Positions 26,313-34,140 of a stretch of DNA of 64,000 nt are shown piece by piece (position 1 is the first letter of the stretch; each line of letters starts with the position of its first letter). The stretch is from positions 129,491 to 193,490 of the forward strand of contig JAFGQZ010000026.1 of NCBI GenBank assembly GCA_016935435.1, given 5' to 3'. Below the pieces are notes generated by a model. It saw only the letters and a program-made list of their open reading frames with translations. It did no database searches and was not told the origin of the DNA. A program made the translations under genes and the position numbers. Source of the stretch: Bacteroidales bacterium (lineage in GTDB: Bacteria; Bacteroidota; Bacteroidia; Bacteroidales; UBA10428).

Positions 26313-28715
26313 TCACTCATACCTCAGGCTCTCCACCGGGTTTCTCCTTGCCGCACGCCAGGTTTGCCAGCTTACTGTTATCAGCGCCACGCTCAATGCA
26401 ATTACTCCGGCAAGTACAAAAATCCACCAACTTAAATTGGTTTTGTAAGCAAAGTTCTCCAGCCATTTGTGCATCAGATACCAGGCAACCGGACAAGAAA
26501 TTATAAAAGCAACAGCAACAATTCTTATAAATTCAATATTAAGCAAAGTGAGAATTTCGAGAGTTTTTGCCCCGTTTACTTTGCGCACCCCAACCTCTTT
26601 TGTACGATGAAGTATGTTTATCGACGATATCCCGGACAACCCGATAACCGATAAGAGAATACTTATTATGGAAAACCATCGAACAAGCTTATTGGTAATA
26701 ACATCTTTATGGTATTGCAGGCTATAATAATCGCTTAAAAATTCATAATCGAAGGGATATTCGGGAAAATTCTTCTGCCATGTTTTTTGAGCATAATCAA
26801 TAGCACTTTTAACATTACCTGCTGAAGGTTTGATCATATAGAGCCATTGCCATACCGGCTTTTGAAAGAATATTGTGGGCTGTATAGGATTATACAGCGA
26901 GGAAAAATTAAAATCCCTTATTACCCCAACAATGGTACCCCCTTTTATAATATCCTGTCCGTCGTAATTTTTAATCATGAATCTGCTGCCAACAGCATCT
27001 TCATTCGTTTTATAACCAAGCTTTTTAATGGCAGATTCATTAAGTACGTAATTTTCAAATTGCTGTCCCGTTACATATGGCTTTTCTCCCCCCGTTGCAA
27101 ATTCCAGATTAAAAAAAGAAAAAAAGTTACCATCGACAGGAAGAATCGTAAGCACCTGGTTTTTGTTTTCCTCCGGAATATCGGCATACTCAATGCTTCG
27201 GCCATCCTTTACCAGGTAACCGGGTCTATCCATAGTCATTGTTACATCTGCAATTTCCGGATATTTTAGTAGTTCTTCTTTAAACCGCATAACATGAGGC
27301 TCTTCAACCCAAAAATTACGGTGGATCATAATAATGTTGCTGTCGTGGTTACCTAAATTTTTACTGAACAGGTAATTGTTTTGTTTATTAAGAACAAGAC
27401 TACATATAATTACAACTGTTGAAATTGCAATCTGTAAAACCAGTAAAGGTTTATTAAAAAGCGATATAACGTTTTGTTTTCGATTGCTGCTAAATGGATT
27501 TATTAAGGATTTAACCGGGTTAAGCCGCACAATAAAATAAGGCACAATTCCAGAAACAACAATCATTGTAAGTATCCCAAGTATTGTTAAAATAAAAATT
27601 CCATTTAAGGGAAATGGTATCGGAGATGCTATTCCTATCTTTACCATCAACTGAGATACAGAATTAAGTAAGGCCAGGGTAATCGCTAAAACTATTAGTG
27701 AAAGTATTGTCGATTCGCAGAGAAGTATAAGGAAGTTATGCCTTTTTTTCGCCCCGTTTAGCAAATTAATTCCAAAGAACTTGCTCCTTTTTTCGAGCGA
27801 AACCAATAAAATATTAATATAATTTACCAGAGAAATAAGTAATATTCCAAGCCCAATAAAAATAAATAATACCACCTGTTTGATATCGCCATTCGGTTCA
27901 ATTTCCCTTTCGATATTTGATTTAAGATGTATATCTTTTAATGGAGTGAAATGAATTATTGAACTCTTTCTTTGATTTTCAGGTACATGAGCATATTTAA
28001 ATTCTTGTATTCGGCTTTCTATCTGTTTAATGCTTGTTCCCTCTTTTAACAAAATATAGGTAAAAGCAAAATCGTTCCCGTTAATAACCCGTTGTTTGTG
28101 ATGCACTAAAATATCGGCATGAAAATGTGAATTTTGGGGCATATCATCGAAAACCCCCAATATTATATACTGGTTAAATCCATTTGTGTCAAGACCATAT
28201 AATTCTAGATCTTTCCCTACAATATTGGTTGAATGAAAATACTTTTGCGCAAAACTCTTTGAAACAACAAGCGTATTCCCGGCATTTATAGCCGCATGAG
28301 GGTTTCCGACAATGAAATTAAAATCGAAGATTGAAAACATCGAAGAATCGACCTCAAAAACGTGGTTGTTAAAAAAAAGATTATTCTCAATTTTTATTGT
28401 CATGTTCCATAATGGCCTCATCTCAATTAAGCTTTCAATCTCCGGGAAAAATTCCGGCAATTTAGTTCGCCATGTCTGCCAGCAACGGGCAAAATGCCAG
28501 TAAAAATTTTCTTCGGGTTTATTTTCTTCAACAGTAAACCTGTAAATCCTGTCGGCTTTGCTCTGATATTTATCAAAGCTCCATTCAAACCAGCACCACT
28601 TTCCAATCTGTAAAACTGTTGAGAAGGCGATTACCAACCCAATGATATTGATTAGTGCAATCTTTTTTTGATTGAGAAGGTTACTGAATGATAGTATTAT
28701 AAAATTCTTTATCAT
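26313..28715 (-). CDS. ABC transporter permease, MacB/FtsX-like with two FtsX domains (permease 1)
   Basis: The protein is 800 aa. It has an N-terminal transmembrane helix plus a MacB-type periplasmic domain, then four-helix FtsX modules. The C-terminus is RKVNGAK...NPVESLRYE. Confidence 0.85.
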   Translation of the reverse strand: MIKNFIILSFSNLLNQKKIALINIIGLVIAFSTVLQIGKWCWFEWSFDKYQSKADRIYRFTVEENKPEENFYWHFARCWQTWRTKLPEFFPEIESLIEMRPLWNMTIKIENNLFFNNHVFEVDSSMFSIFDFNFIVGNPHAAINAGNTLVVSKSFAQKYFHSTNIVGKDLELYGLDTNGFNQYIILGVFDDMPQNSHFHADILVHHKQRVINGNDFAFTYILLKEGTSIKQIESRIQEFKYAHVPENQRKSSIIHFTPLKDIHLKSNIEREIEPNGDIKQVVLFIFIGLGILLISLVNYINILLVSLEKRSKFFGINLLNGAKKRHNFLILLCESTILSLIVLAITLALLNSVSQLMVKIGIASPIPFPLNGIFILTILGILTMIVVSGIVPYFIVRLNPVKSLINPFSSNRKQNVISLFNKPLLVLQIAISTVVIICSLVLNKQNNYLFSKNLGNHDSNIIMIHRNFWVEEPHVMRFKEELLKYPEIADVTMTMDRPGYLVKDGRSIEYADIPEENKNQVLTILPVDGNFFSFFNLEFATGGEKPYVTGQQFENYVLNESAIKKLGYKTNEDAVGSRFMIKNYDGQDIIKGGTIVGVIRDFNFSSLYNPIQPTIFFQKPVWQWLYMIKPSAGNVKSAIDYAQKTWQKNFPEYPFDYEFLSDYYSLQYHKDVITNKLVRWFSIISILLSVIGLSGISSINILHRTKEVGVRKVNGAKTLEILTLLNIEFIRIVAVAFIISCPVAWYLMHKWLENFAYKTNLSWWIFVLAGVIALSVALITVSWQTWRAARRNPVESLRYE

Positions 28716-28837
28716 TTATAAAAGATTAAATTTTTCAAATTGTCTTAATTCTGGTTGACAGATATAATTATGGACAATTAAGTGTTTTTCTTCCTATTCA
28801 TACTTATTAATTTAATCATCGTAATCATAGTTTTATA

Positions 28838-31267
28838 CTACTCATACCTCAGGCTCTCCACCGGGTTCCGGCTCGCTGCACGCCAGGTTTGCCAGCTTAC
28901 TGTTAATAAAGCTACTAACACTGCTGCTGCCCCTGCTGCTGCAAAAATCCACCAACTTAAATTGGTTTTGTAAGCAAAGTTCTCCAGCCATTTGTGCATC
29001 AGATACCATGCAACGGGCGATGCTATTGTTATAGAGATTAAAATCCATTTAAGGTAAGCCTGTAAAAACATAAGAATTATATTTTTTGTCTTTGCCCCGC
29101 TTACTTTTCTTACACCGATTTCTTTGATTTTGGTGAAAACAACATATTTAACTATACCAAATAACCCTAAACAAGACAAACAGATGGCTATTATTGAAAA
29201 GATTGAAAAAAGCTGTTTTGTCTGCATTTCGTTTTTGTACAAGGCATCGTAATCGTCATCAAAAAAAGAATACGAAAACTCTTTCCCCGGAATTAATGTC
29301 TGATAGGTGGATTTTATAGATTCGATTATTCTCTGATAATCGCCGCCACCAACTCTCAACGATAAATATTCCGGCGACCAGAACATTTCCACATCCGGTT
29401 CCTGCACAAATGCAGCAGGTTGTATGTCTTTTCTTTTTGAATTGTAGTGGAAATTCTTGGTTACACCTACAATCTCGTAATATTCTGTTTCGCTGTAATA
29501 TAGATATTTGCCAATAGGATCACTAATGTTATAGGTTTTAACAGCCTGTTCGTTTAACACTATTTTATTTTTTCTGCCAACTTCCTTATCGTTGAAAAAG
29601 GTTCCTTCGGCAAGTTTAAATTCGTACGTATTAAAAAAAGCTGCCTCTACCGGACAAACTTCTAACATTAGCAATTTTATATTATTGCCTTCGGGTATGG
29701 CCAAAGTCCTGGCAGGAAAACTCATTCCAAGAATGCGGTGCGAAAAAGCAGCCATTTTAATCTTACTGTTTTTTAGCAATTCATTTTTAAATGTATTTTG
29801 CTGATCACGCGACATATCTTCCATTGCCCGCACAATTATTATGTTTTCTTTATTAAAACCTAATTTCTGATCCTGAAGAAAATTTAATTGCCGCGCAACT
29901 GCTATTGTACAAATAATTACCATTATGCTAATTGTGAACTGTAATATCAACAAGGTATCTTTAAGCATTATTTTTCTGCCTGCCTTTTTAGTAAATTTCG
30001 ATGCCAATGCTCGTACAGGCGACATCCTGGAAACAACAAAAGCCGGGTAAAAACCTGCAATAAATCCGGTAATAATGGCAAAAAGAATCGACCCGATATA
30101 CATTAAGGGGGTAATTGACGACCTGGATAAGATTTTGATTTCAGTGCGTTTTTCGAAAACCGGGATAAACAAATGAACCAGTATAAGTGATATTATAAGC
30201 GCAAGCAGACTGTAAAAAATGCTCTCCGCAAGAAATTGCGCCATAATTGACTTTCGCGAAGCGCCGGTAACTTTCCTAACCATTATCTCTTTCGATCTGG
30301 AAGCGGATTGTACGGTTGAGAGGTTGGTGAAATTGATAATAGAAATTATCAATATAAACAGACCAATTAAAGAAGCCATATAAACATAAGTAATATTCCC
30401 ATTCTGCCCGGCTTCGTTCTTTAAGGAAGAGTGTAAATGTATTTTCGCTAACGGTTGTAACACAAAATGCCAGCTTTCGCCATTTGATTTCCATTCACTC
30501 ATTGATATGTTTCTCCACTGCTCAATAATTGGGGCAATTTTGGTTTGCAGATATTCATTCAGTTTCTTTTCGAACAACTTGTAATTTACATTATTATCGA
30601 GTTGCAGATAGGTGTAAACATTACAATTCAGCCAGTCGTGTGAAGCTTGCCTGTAAAACGATATGGAGTTGATCGAGAAAAGAAATTCGAATGTGAAATG
30701 TGAATTTTCGGGAATGTCGGCGATTATCCCGGTAATTGTAAATGGCTTATTCTCATGATCCATTCCGGTACTTAAAACTTTGCCTACTGGATTTTCGTCC
30801 CCATAAATACGTTTTGCTGCGCTTTCAGTAATAAAGGCTGTATTGGGCTGATCGAGCATTTTATAATCACCCTGCAAAACAGGCACTGAAAAAATCTCAA
30901 AAAAGGATGCGGTAGCACCAAATGCCTTCAACCGGAACCCTTCGTTATCGGGTGTACTCATCATCGCCCTGCCAAAATCGAGCATAGCAGTTGCCTTTTT
31001 AATTTCAGGGAAAGTCTGAGATAAAGATTTTGATAATATCGAACCTGTAGTAGCTTCTTTAATCTCGTTTTCAAAAATTTTACCCTCACAGCTTACCCTG
31101 TAAATATTTTCAATGTTTTGGTTGTATTTATCAAAACTAAGTTCATATTTAATCCAAAGAACAACCAGAATAAACGCTGTCATGCCGATAGCAATGCTAA
31201 AAACATTAATTAAAGACGAAACGGCGTTCTTTTTAAAATTTCTGTAAACCAACTGTAAATATTGCAT
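28838..31267 (-). CDS. ABC transporter permease, MacB/FtsX-like with two FtsX domains (permease 2)
   Basis: The protein is 809 aa with the same architecture as permease 1. Motifs are MVRKVTGASR and VRKVSGAK, and the C-terminus is NPVESLRYE. Confidence 0.85.
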   Translation of the reverse strand: MQYLQLVYRNFKKNAVSSLINVFSIAIGMTAFILVVLWIKYELSFDKYNQNIENIYRVSCEGKIFENEIKEATTGSILSKSLSQTFPEIKKATAMLDFGRAMMSTPDNEGFRLKAFGATASFFEIFSVPVLQGDYKMLDQPNTAFITESAAKRIYGDENPVGKVLSTGMDHENKPFTITGIIADIPENSHFTFEFLFSINSISFYRQASHDWLNCNVYTYLQLDNNVNYKLFEKKLNEYLQTKIAPIIEQWRNISMSEWKSNGESWHFVLQPLAKIHLHSSLKNEAGQNGNITYVYMASLIGLFILIISIINFTNLSTVQSASRSKEIMVRKVTGASRKSIMAQFLAESIFYSLLALIISLILVHLFIPVFEKRTEIKILSRSSITPLMYIGSILFAIITGFIAGFYPAFVVSRMSPVRALASKFTKKAGRKIMLKDTLLILQFTISIMVIICTIAVARQLNFLQDQKLGFNKENIIIVRAMEDMSRDQQNTFKNELLKNSKIKMAAFSHRILGMSFPARTLAIPEGNNIKLLMLEVCPVEAAFFNTYEFKLAEGTFFNDKEVGRKNKIVLNEQAVKTYNISDPIGKYLYYSETEYYEIVGVTKNFHYNSKRKDIQPAAFVQEPDVEMFWSPEYLSLRVGGGDYQRIIESIKSTYQTLIPGKEFSYSFFDDDYDALYKNEMQTKQLFSIFSIIAICLSCLGLFGIVKYVVFTKIKEIGVRKVSGAKTKNIILMFLQAYLKWILISITIASPVAWYLMHKWLENFAYKTNLSWWIFAAAGAAAVLVALLTVSWQTWRAASRNPVESLRYE

Positions 31268-31361
31268 AATATAAAATTTTTGGTAATCGCTTAGTCAGCA
31301 TTTATTGATTAATAATTGGTTTAGTATCTTGCCTGTTTTGCTCTACATCTTCGGTTTCCTT

Positions 31362-31527
31362 TTATTCATACATCAAACTCTCCACCGGGCTGCTTTACCC
31401 CTAAATCCCCTGGAGTGGACTTTTAGGACAAAACCTTTTATTTATAATCATATCACTTATAATTAAGCCCCTTTAGGGGTTTGGGGTTAAAAATCATTCA
31501 AACCTCAGACTTTCCACCGGTTTTAAC
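31362..31527. repeat. Modular hairpin-repeat array between the ABC ATPase and permease 2, including two decayed copies of the FtsX gene 3' end
   Basis: Relic 1 (31362-31390) reads PVESLMYE-stop on the minus strand. Module B lies at 31395-31433 and module A at 31464-31491. Relic 2 (31493-31524, atcattcaaacctcagactttccaccggtttt) resembles the genuine end tcactcatacctcaggctctccaccgggttt. Confidence 0.8.
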
Positions 31528-31548
31528 CTGATAATACTCAACAGCTCT

Positions 31549-32223
31549 TTACCCCAATTTCTCCATCAAAATCTGGCCATCGAACAGGTTTACAATACGG
31601 TGGGCAAATTCTGCATCGCGTTTATTGTGCGTTACCATTATTATTGTAGTGCCTTCCTGGTTCAACTCGCGCAACAGGTTCATAACTTCCAGACCGTGTT
31701 TCGAATCGAGGTTACCGGTTGGCTCATCGGCAAGTATTAATTTTGGTTTGGCAATTACTGCACGTGCAATGGCAACGCGTTGCTGCTGGCCTCCGGAAAG
31801 TTGTTGCGGATAATGCTTGCGACGATGACCGATTTTTAGCCGTTCGAGGGTGGCTTCAACCATTTTTTTACGTTCCGAAGCCCTGATGTTCAAATAAACG
31901 AGGGGAAGTTCGACGTTTTCAAAAACGGTTAACTCGTCGATGAGGTTAAAACTCTGGAAAATAAACCCGATATTTCCTTTGCGCATATCGGTGCGGCGGT
32001 TTTCCCTGAACCGTGCCACATTTACTTCATTAAAAAAATAATCGCCGGAAGTCGGGTTGTCGAGCAGTCCGATAATATTCAGGAGCGTTGATTTTCCGCA
32101 TCCCGATGGGCCCATGATGGCTACAAATTCCCCGGGCGTTACTTCAAAATCTATTGCAGACAGGGCAGTAGTTTCAACTTCGTCAGTTCGAAACACCTTG
32201 GTAAGTTTCTTTGTTTGTATCAT
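31549..32223 (-). CDS. ABC transporter ATP-binding protein (MacB/LolD-type)
   Basis: The protein is 224 aa. It has Walker A (GPSGCGKST), the ABC signature (LSGGQQQRVAIARA), Walker B (LILADEPTGNLD) and an H-loop (VTHN). Confidence 0.9.
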   Translation of the reverse strand: MIQTKKLTKVFRTDEVETTALSAIDFEVTPGEFVAIMGPSGCGKSTLLNIIGLLDNPTSGDYFFNEVNVARFRENRRTDMRKGNIGFIFQSFNLIDELTVFENVELPLVYLNIRASERKKMVEATLERLKIGHRRKHYPQQLSGGQQQRVAIARAVIAKPKLILADEPTGNLDSKHGLEVMNLLRELNQEGTTIIMVTHNKRDAEFAHRIVNLFDGQILMEKLG

Positions 32224-32297
32224 CTTTATTCTGGTTAGTATTTCTATTGAAATTTAGTTTCTTTTTTATTTTTCAGAGTGTAAGGTTTTCTTTTTTT

Positions 32298-32520
32298 TAC
32301 CCCCTGCACCTAGAGGGGTGATAAACAAGTCCCCTTTAGGGGATTTAGGGGGATAATCCGCGAAAACCCAGATTTTGAATTTATCGTCAAAAACCTGTTA
32401 CTCAGTGCCAGCAAGAAAAGTATTATTCCCCATGCGCTCCCCCTTTCTTCCCCTAAAGGGGAAAATCCAACGCTCTGTGTGCAAATGACATCCCCTATAG
32501 GGGAATGAGGGGTGCGGGTC
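32298..32520. repeat. Cluster of CCCC-N4-GGGG type hairpins in the adaptor-ATPase spacer
   Basis: The hairpins are tcccctttagggga (32330-32343), ttcccctaaaggggaa (32448-32463), the perfect palindrome tcccctatagggga (32491-32504), and accccctgcacctagaggggtg (32299-32320). Confidence 0.8.
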
Positions 32521-32555
32521 AGGGTTATCACTTTTGGAGAGTTTTCTTGCAGAGA

Positions 32556-33806
32556 CTACTTAAAAACTATTCTTTCATTCTCCCCAAAAAGTTCATATCC
32601 CGAAACAATAACTTCCCCCCCGGGGGTCAGCCCTTCCATCACCTCAAAATACTGAGGGTTTTGCCGGCCGATTTTTATTTGCCTTTTTATGGCAAAGTCC
32701 CCCGATGCATCTACTACATAAACCCACTGTCCGCCGGTCGATTGGAAAAACCCGCCTTTCGAAACCTGTACGCATTTTTGTGGATCGCCCAATTGAAGAT
32801 CGACATAATAGGTTTGTCCGCTCCGCATATTTTCGGGCAATTCGCCTTCGAATACAAGGTCTATCCGGAAACGCCCTTCCCTAACTTCGGGATAGACTTT
32901 TTTAACCTTTAGGGTAAATTGTTTGTTGTCACGATCGATACGAGCCACCAATCCGGCACGCACCCTGTCGATATAATGTTCATCAATTTCGGCGGCAATT
33001 TTGTAAGACGTAAGCACATTTATCTGACCAATACGTTGACCGGGCGAAACCGACTGGCCGATTTCCGCATCGAGCATACCAAGCTGTCCATCGTGCGGAG
33101 CTTTTATATTCAAATTGTCCAGCCGCTGGTACACCAGTGCCAGGTTCTTTTTCATGTTCGAGAGGTTCTGGTTCATTTGTTCTATCTGGATGTTGCGGTA
33201 TATCGAATCCTGAACTTCTTTATCCTTCATAATCTGAAAAAGCCTGCTTGACAAATTATATCCGTCTTCCGACTGCAAAAACTCTTCCCGGGCAATTAAA
33301 TCCTGATTGTACAGCAGTTTGTTGCGTTCGTATTCGCGTTTCTTTTGTTTAAGTTGATATTCCATGTTGATAATCTCGCGTTTACTCTGCAGCTTCTGTT
33401 GTTCCATATTCAGAATAACCTCGCGCAGATAATTCGATTTCTCTGCCAGTTGGGCTTCGCTGTCGAGTATGCCGAGATTGAGATTGTTATTGCTCAGCCT
33501 TAGAATAACATCGTTCTTCTGCACCATCGTACCTTCCCGGATATAGATTTCTTCAACCCGGCCGCCTTCAATGGCATCGAGGTAAATGGTTGATATAGGT
33601 TCAACCCGGCCGTTTATTTTAATGTAATCTTCAAAATCATCCTCAAAAACTTTGGCAATCTGAATTTTATCTTTCTCAACCCTGAATGTACTCATTGAAT
33701 TGCGTGTCGACAGGAAAATTACTGCTGCAATTATAATCCCTGAAGGAATTATAATTTTCCAGTGTTTGGGTTTAATCCGTCTTTTATCTTCGATTATTCT
33801 ATCCAT
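32556..33806 (-). CDS. Efflux periplasmic adaptor (HlyD/MacA membrane-fusion family)
   Basis: The protein is 416 aa. It has an N-terminal transmembrane helix, a lipoyl-like motif (GGRVEEIYIREGTMVQKNDVILRL), a long coiled-coil hairpin and a C-terminal beta-barrel region. Confidence 0.85.
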   Translation of the reverse strand: MDRIIEDKRRIKPKHWKIIIPSGIIIAAVIFLSTRNSMSTFRVEKDKIQIAKVFEDDFEDYIKINGRVEPISTIYLDAIEGGRVEEIYIREGTMVQKNDVILRLSNNNLNLGILDSEAQLAEKSNYLREVILNMEQQKLQSKREIINMEYQLKQKKREYERNKLLYNQDLIAREEFLQSEDGYNLSSRLFQIMKDKEVQDSIYRNIQIEQMNQNLSNMKKNLALVYQRLDNLNIKAPHDGQLGMLDAEIGQSVSPGQRIGQINVLTSYKIAAEIDEHYIDRVRAGLVARIDRDNKQFTLKVKKVYPEVREGRFRIDLVFEGELPENMRSGQTYYVDLQLGDPQKCVQVSKGGFFQSTGGQWVYVVDASGDFAIKRQIKIGRQNPQYFEVMEGLTPGGEVIVSGYELFGENERIVFK

Positions 33807-33919
33807 ATTATGCTATCTGTCAAAATATATCTTAAATTATGCCAGATAATATTAGGTATTGATTTTAAGCTTATTATGTATCTTCATTGATTTTAAACTG
33901 TTAAAAAAATTGACAAAAA

Positions 33920-33938
33920 CTGTAAATATTTTTTACAG
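33920..33938. promoter_or_regulatory. Perfect palindrome CTGTAAA-N5-TTTACAG in the divergent efflux/two-component control region (candidate regulator binding site)
   Basis: The sequence is ctgtaaatattttttacag. It lies about 115-135 nt upstream of the adaptor start codon (33806, minus strand). That distance suits an enhancer-binding-protein site. The function is inferred only. Confidence 0.3.
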
Positions 33939-34027
33939 TATCGTTAATATAATAAGCTGATTTATATTTTTGAATATCTGATCTAGGTCGTCTAACTAAG
34001 AATATTTTGATGTAATGAAACACGCCC

Positions 34028-34085
34028 ACTCACCCCATAATCCCCAAGAGGAGAAACAGCGCGCGCTGATCCCTTTAGGGAACCA
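34028..34085. repeat. Degenerate module-B-like hairpin repeat plus tccctttaggga hairpin upstream of the response-regulator gene
   Basis: caccccataatccccaagaggagaa resembles acccctaaatcccctggaggggac from the other loci. It is followed by gatccctttagggaac. Confidence 0.6.
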
Positions 34086-34140
34086 AAGGGTGCGCCAAGC
34101 GATAGCGTGTTAACTAAACGAATATTTAAAATTAAACAAT

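Noticed and set aside
32310-32531. ORFs translated from the hairpin-repeat spacers (32310..32531, 32505..32912, 33992..34186, 26300..26506)
   Set aside because: Their sequences are dominated by PLKG, SPLGE and SPIGD peptides produced by CCCC-N4-GGGG hairpins. They overlap repeats or the ends of real genes and have no start context. I treat them as non-coding repeats.
33832-33846. Possible sigma54 -24/-12 promoter (tggcataatttaaga on the minus strand) upstream of the efflux adaptor
   Set aside because: Only the TGGCA half matches, and the -12 TTGC element is absent. A second TGGCAC at about 32404-32412 (minus strand) also lacks a correctly spaced TTGC.
26143-34085. CRISPR array hypothesis for the repeated G/C-rich hairpins
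   Set aside because: The repeats are heterogeneous modules, not regularly spaced identical repeats with unique spacers. They are split over four intergenic spacers, and no cas genes are present.
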